A stretch of DNA of 64,000 bases from Fibrobacteria bacterium (GTDB lineage Bacteria > Fibrobacterota > Fibrobacteria > UBA11236). Every line of letters begins with the position of its first letter. Within the stretch, counting starts at the first letter, position 1. Both the position numbers and the translations under genes were made by a program. Under the pieces are notes generated by a model. That model did not search any database. It saw only the letters and a program-made list of their open reading frames with translations, and was not told the DNA's origin. The stretch is taken from contig JBGTHM010000100.1 of assembly GCA_041746255.1 (NCBI GenBank), forward strand, positions 1 through 64,000, written 5' to 3'. Of this stretch, positions 59,530 through 64,000 are shown piece by piece.

Positions 59530-59880
59530 ATGAACCTACCCACAAAATTGAAACTGGCCGTAGCCCTCAAATACAAATTCAAGGAAGATGTGGCTCCCAT
59601 GGTGTTAGCGACCGGACAGGGTAGACTTGCGGAAGCCATTTTGGCAAAAGCCAGGGAATCCGATGTACCCGTGCACGAAAACGGTCCTTTGGCGGAAGCA
59701 CTCAGCCAAGTTGAAACCGGACACGCGGTTCCAGAAGAGCTTTTCGAGCTGGTTGCACAAGTCATGGCCATGATTTATAATATTGACGCTAAGCTGAATA
59801 AGGAAATGACAGCCGCAGCGGTAAACCACCGTATGGATCCAGCCGATCCGAATCCGGATCCCCGCGCGGTGCGAGGATAG
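59530..59880 (+). CDS. Stand-alone FlhB/YscU C-terminal domain protein
   Basis: AVALKY...APMVLATG...AEAI...VPVHE...LAEAL...VPEELFELVAQV. Confidence 0.88.
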   Translation: MNLPTKLKLAVALKYKFKEDVAPMVLATGQGRLAEAILAKARESDVPVHENGPLAEALSQVETGHAVPEELFELVAQVMAMIYNIDAKLNKEMTAAAVNHRMDPADPNPDPRAVRG

Positions 59881-59907
59881 TGGCGAAAAAAAACGAAGGA
59901 CAAGCAG

Positions 59908-60396
59908 TTGCAAACCGAAACTTCCTCATCCGCCCTATATGATGTCAAGCTGCCCAGCGATTTGGATTATATCCCTCCCCTACGCCAATTTATTTCGGAA
60001 ATCGCCAAGATAGAAGGATTTCCCAAGAAATTCTGCTTCCGCACGGAAATCCTGGTGGATGAGCTTTGTTCAAATGCCATCATTCATGGTTCGCAGGACA
60101 TCCAGAGTCGTGTCGCCCTCATCGCCGAGTTCGTGAAGGACGAGCTTCGGCTCTCCGTCCAGGACCAGGGAGGTTCACAGCCCAACGTAGACAACCTGAA
60201 AAGGGCGGTCTCCTCGGTAAAACCTGCAAGCCCGTCCAAACTGGGAAAGGGTATGGTCATTGTACAGATGTTGAGCAATGAACTGAAACTCAAGCTTGAT
60301 GACAACGGTAAAACTGAAGTCCATGTGGTTCGTCGCCGCGACATGGACGACAGCCCGGCCTTCCGAGAAACCCCTATTCCTGATCGGGACCAATGA
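59908..60396 (+). CDS. Anti-sigma factor / RsbW-like HATPase_c kinase
   Basis: DELCSNAIIHG, VQDQG, GKGMVIV. Confidence 0.85.
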   Translation: MQTETSSSALYDVKLPSDLDYIPPLRQFISEIAKIEGFPKKFCFRTEILVDELCSNAIIHGSQDIQSRVALIAEFVKDELRLSVQDQGGSQPNVDNLKRAVSSVKPASPSKLGKGMVIVQMLSNELKLKLDDNGKTEVHVVRRRDMDDSPAFRETPIPDRDQ

Positions 60397-61172
60397 AAAT
60401 TACGCAGCAGGTTAGCCCATTCGATGATAAAATCGTACTCTTGCATTTCGAAGGCGACTTGAACGCCACCGACTGCAAGCAGACCAGTGTCCTTTTTCAG
60501 GAAATCATCGATTCGAAGCGATATTTCATTATGGCCATCATGGAGCAGGTAACATTCATTTCCTCCCCCTTCCTGGGTGAACTGATGGGGTGCAAGCTCC
60601 GGCTGGTCGAAAAGGGAGGCAATCTGGTCATCGTCGGTTTAAACTACGATCAACGCGAAAAATTAATTATGATGGGCGCGGACCATATCTTCAAATTTTA
60701 TCCCGACACCCATACCGCCTATAATCAATTTCAATGGGACTATAATGACGGAGTGCAGATACTCCAACTCACCGTTCCTCCCAAAATGCATGTGGTACCC
60801 GCCATGCGTCGGCTGATTTCGGGTATCGCCCGGCAAAAGGGCTATTCCTCCAAGGATGCGTTCCGGATCGAAACCATAGTGGACGAAATCGCCAACAATG
60901 CCATAGAACATGGTGACAAGACTCAAGCGGATATCGACCTGGAGTTACGCATTGGAAAGACCAAGGTTGAAGTTCTGATCCGAAATAAGACCAGTACCGA
61001 AAAGGTGCGGAACCTGGAAAACGCAGTCAGCCAAGGCCAACAGGCTATTCAGCAGGACAGTACGCGAGGGCGCGGCTTAGCTCTGGTCAAGTTGATCAGC
61101 AATGCCATTGACGTTTCCTTCGATAATAATGGAACTTTCATCAGGATAACGAAAAACCGGGGAGATGGCTGA
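60393..61172 (+). CDS. STAS plus RsbW-like HATPase fusion
   Basis: EGDL...FISSPFLG STAS domain; DEIANNAIEHG...GRGLALVK. Confidence 0.85.
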   Translation: MKITQQVSPFDDKIVLLHFEGDLNATDCKQTSVLFQEIIDSKRYFIMAIMEQVTFISSPFLGELMGCKLRLVEKGGNLVIVGLNYDQREKLIMMGADHIFKFYPDTHTAYNQFQWDYNDGVQILQLTVPPKMHVVPAMRRLISGIARQKGYSSKDAFRIETIVDEIANNAIEHGDKTQADIDLELRIGKTKVEVLIRNKTSTEKVRNLENAVSQGQQAIQQDSTRGRGLALVKLISNAIDVSFDNNGTFIRITKNRGDG

Positions 61173-61536
61173 CATGGACACCCAAATCGAATTGCAAATT
61201 TCCGATCTGCCCAACTTGCCAAACGGTAAGCTCATCAAATTCGTGGGAGACCTCGACGCAACCAACGTCGAGTCCACTTTGGATCAGGTGACCCGACTCA
61301 TCCGGGAGGGTTATGTCAATATGGTGGCGGATTTCAGCAATCTCCGCTACGTCAACAGTACCGGCCTGGGAATTTTACTTCATTTCAGCAAGACTTCACG
61401 GGAAAAGGGCGGACGGTTCCGTATCGCCAATGTGAACGACAACGTCTACGAAATTATCGAAATCATCGGCGCCAACACGCTCCTCGATATTTACGAAAGC
61501 GTCAACGACGCGATTGCCTCCTTCTCGCAAACCTGA
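61165..61536 (+). CDS. Anti-sigma factor antagonist (RsbV/SpoIIAA STAS)
   Basis: GDLDA, DFSNLRYVNSTGLG with phosphoacceptor Ser. Confidence 0.92.
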   Translation: MADMDTQIELQISDLPNLPNGKLIKFVGDLDATNVESTLDQVTRLIREGYVNMVADFSNLRYVNSTGLGILLHFSKTSREKGGRFRIANVNDNVYEIIEIIGANTLLDIYESVNDAIASFSQT

Positions 61537-61847
61537 AAAATTGATTCGGGCCCTTTGCCGCCCAATCCGGGAAATACCAAGTGGTGCTCCCGTCCCCGGC
61601 ACTCTTACCATCCGTTTCCAGCCCCAAATCTTAAAAAGATCGGATTTCGAGGGTGCCAGGCTAAGGTTACGAGCCTTATTTGATAAGATTTTATAGATTT
61701 AATCCGGCAATTGCCGTTCCATGGCAGAAACACGGCGAGGAAACCGATCCCGTTGCGCTTCCAAAGGAACGGAAATACCTAAATGCCGGCCGGTGCATTC
61801 AGCGGATGCGCCCGGACGGGTCATTCAAACCATCAGGAATAAAAATT

Positions 61848-64000
61848 ATGCGAGCCATTTTAGGTCTTCTTCCAATTGTTTTTTTGCTGGCCTGCGATGG
61901 CCGACGCGACGATAGGAATGTTCTGGCCAAGATAGGTAAGGAAAAGTACTACCAGAGTGATCTCGAAAAGCTGGTACAAACGCTTCCGCCGACGAGACAA
62001 ACGGAGGTTTTGCAACAGCCGGACGAAAGGCGCAAATTTTTCGAACAGATTTTGAAACAAAGGTTGATGGCCTTGGCGGCGAAGGAAGAGGGCTTCGCCG
62101 ATAACAAAGACTTACAAAAACGCTTGGCGGTTACCAATCAACGCATTATCACCCAGTATTACTACGAGACTTTCCTGGGTGAAAACGCTGGATTCTCCGA
62201 CGCCGAATTACAGAATTACTTCAAGGCGAATCTCGAATCTTTTAAGAACGATTCGGGTAAAACCCCGGCATTTGCCGAGGTTAAGAGTGGAGTGGTGGAT
62301 TCACTCCTCTTGTCCAAAGCCAATCTCGATTCCTTTTACCTGGCAAATTCCTCGAATTACGAGCAAAAGGCCAGTTGCGATATTTCCTTCATCCGGACCG
62401 AATCGAAAAAGGACGCTGAGGCCGCTTATAAGAGCCTGACGACCGGCTCGCCCATGAAGCAGGTTAGTGAAAAATTCGACATGGGCAAACAATTACGGAA
62501 TGCGAAACTGGTGAAGGGAGAGACGCATTGGGAATTGGGCTCGAATTATGACTGGGACAATTTATTCTTCCATGAAAGTTCCGCCCTCAAACCTGGAACT
62601 TATGCCGGACCCATTTCGAAGGAGAAAGAATTCGTGGTGGTACGCGCGGACAGCTGCAACCCCCATACGGTTCCGAAGTTGCAGGCTATTTTTGAAAAAG
62701 TCGCAACCGATTATATCAGCAGCCATCGCACCAAGCTGAGCGAGCAGGCATTGGATCAGCTCAAGGCGAAATATGCCGTGAAAATCGTGGATATGAACAA
62801 GCCATTGACCGATGAGGAGCTGAAGCCCTATTATGAGGCCAATAAAGAAAGCTACATGAGCCCTCCCACCTACTCGGTTTACCACATCGAAGCCAAAGCT
62901 AAGGAGCCGGTGTCGGCCAAATTGCAAGCGGTCAAGGATTTGGACGCTTTCAAAAAGCTCGCCGGCGAAATTTCCGAAAACTCCTGGACCCGAGCCTCTC
63001 AAGGCGAAGCCGGCGTCATTAAGCGCGATCATGCTCTTCCCTATGGAATCGGTATGCTTCCCACGCTATTCCCGGCACTGGATTCACTGAAGCCCGGAGC
63101 GATTACCGCCGCCATTCTGAATCCGGAAACCGAGAAATGGCATTGGTTCTGGCTGGTGGAAAAAAAGGAAAAACAGATAAAGCCATTCGACCGAGTCAAG
63201 CTCCTGGTTCGTCAAGACATACAATCGGATCAAACGCGCAAGGTCGCTCCCGAGGACACGCTGGCCACTTTCGCCGGCTCGAAGGTAATTCGCGAATCGG
63301 ACGTGATTTTTCTGGCCGAAGAAGTACCCGAGCATTTGCGCAGCCGCTATACGCGTGATAGGCTTGTCGATTATCTTTTGACCTGGGAATTGATGACGCT
63401 TGAAGCCGAAGCGCTCAAGCTAACCGAAAACATCAAGCTGCAAGCCTCATTGATCGAAAGCCAGGACCGCTATTGGGCGGATATCTATCGGGATTCGGTA
63501 TTACAAAAATCCTTCGGACTGGAATCGTCGCTGCTGCAGAAGACTTTCACCGGGAACCGCGACTATTTTCTCCGCGATGGCGAAGAGGGGGAATATTCCA
63601 CGCATGTCAAGGACATTGCCGCCTTCCTCACACTCGACAGCAACCACTTCGCCTTGGAATATCATCTGAACCCAGAGCGTTATACACGCAGCGATACGTT
63701 GCTTCCTTTCGAAAAAGCCGGTCATGATATTTTCCAGAATCTGAAAAGCGAAGGGCATCAACGCGCCGATAACGAATTGGTGGAGCGCTTGAAAAAGCGT
63801 TTCAACGTAGTGATAGTCGACGAAAGCTTGAAGCAGCCGAAAATCTCCGACGCCAACGCGGTTTTTCTGCAGGCTCAAAACCTCCATTACGATCGTAACC
63901 TGGAAAAGGCGTTAGAGCTTTACGAAAAGTTGCGTACCCAGTTTCCCGAAAACCATTCCCTGCAAGATTCGGTCGCCTTCGGAATGGCTCAGATATTCAT
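61848..64000 (+). CDS. Large lipoprotein with SurA/PrsA-like PPIase domains and TPR (3'-partial)
   Basis: Manually translated from ATG 61848 (AGGA RBS): MRAILGLLPIVFLLAC lipobox; parvulin-like YHIE...FKKLAGEISE...GEAG; TPR LEKALELYEKLRTQFP; open to window end. Confidence 0.82.
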   Translation, partial: MRAILGLLPIVFLLACDGRRDDRNVLAKIGKEKYYQSDLEKLVQTLPPTRQTEVLQQPDERRKFFEQILKQRLMALAAKEEGFADNKDLQKRLAVTNQRIITQYYYETFLGENAGFSDAELQNYFKANLESFKNDSGKTPAFAEVKSGVVDSLLLSKANLDSFYLANSSNYEQKASCDISFIRTESKKDAEAAYKSLTTGSPMKQVSEKFDMGKQLRNAKLVKGETHWELGSNYDWDNLFFHESSALKPGTYAGPISKEKEFVVVRADSCNPHTVPKLQAIFEKVATDYISSHRTKLSEQALDQLKAKYAVKIVDMNKPLTDEELKPYYEANKESYMSPPTYSVYHIEAKAKEPVSAKLQAVKDLDAFKKLAGEISENSWTRASQGEAGVIKRDHALPYGIGMLPTLFPALDSLKPGAITAAILNPETEKWHWFWLVEKKEKQIKPFDRVKLLVRQDIQSDQTRKVAPEDTLATFAGSKVIRESDVIFLAEEVPEHLRSRYTRDRLVDYLLTWELMTLEAEALKLTENIKLQASLIESQDRYWADIYRDSVLQKSFGLESSLLQKTFTGNRDYFLRDGEEGEYSTHVKDIAAFLTLDSNHFALEYHLNPERYTRSDTLLPFEKAGHDIFQNLKSEGHQRADNELVERLKKRFNVVIVDESLKQPKISDANAVFLQAQNLHYDRNLEKALELYEKLRTQFPENHSLQDSVAFGMAQIF

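Noticed and set aside
1..64000. CRISPR arrays, IS elements, prophage or defence systems
   Set aside because: No repeat-spacer arrays or transposase, integrase, phage or nuclease motifs were recognised by eye.

Overview
Gene-dense, GC-rich bacterial chromosomal window with no visible CRISPR array, transposase, integrase or prophage. The gene content suggests an FCB-group, possibly Fibrobacterota-like, diderm; this is inference and was not tested. Main blocks in order: (1) a signalling locus with a Ser/Thr kinase, a degenerate-GGDEF protein, a sigma54 response regulator and an HTH protein, followed by obgE; (2) an apparently continuous ~17 kb, 16-gene operon (7250-24446) in which an ExbB/ExbD/ExbD/TonB-C motor resembling myxobacterial AglR/Q/S-GltG is joined to a Wza-Wzc-Wzx-Wzy polysaccharide cluster, with a divergent SH3/GltF-like gene; (3) housekeeping and metabolic genes (mltG, polyprenyl synthase, prmA, hemE, queA, rluB-like, radical SAM, ferredoxin plus geranylgeranyl-reductase-like flavoprotein, acpS); (4) a minus-strand envelope cluster with an Opp/Dpp-type ABC transporter co-encoded with TPR, TolB-like, lipoprotein and CsgG-like proteins, then tRNA-Cys, a PEGA protein and TamA/TamB-like genes; (5) a stand-alone FlhB-C protein plus an anti-sigma/STAS partner-switch module, and a large PPIase-TPR lipoprotein running off the end. 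The best candidates for an undescribed system are the motor-polysaccharide operon and the TPR/TolB-decorated ABC operon. All family calls come from motif recognition by eye; no searches were run.
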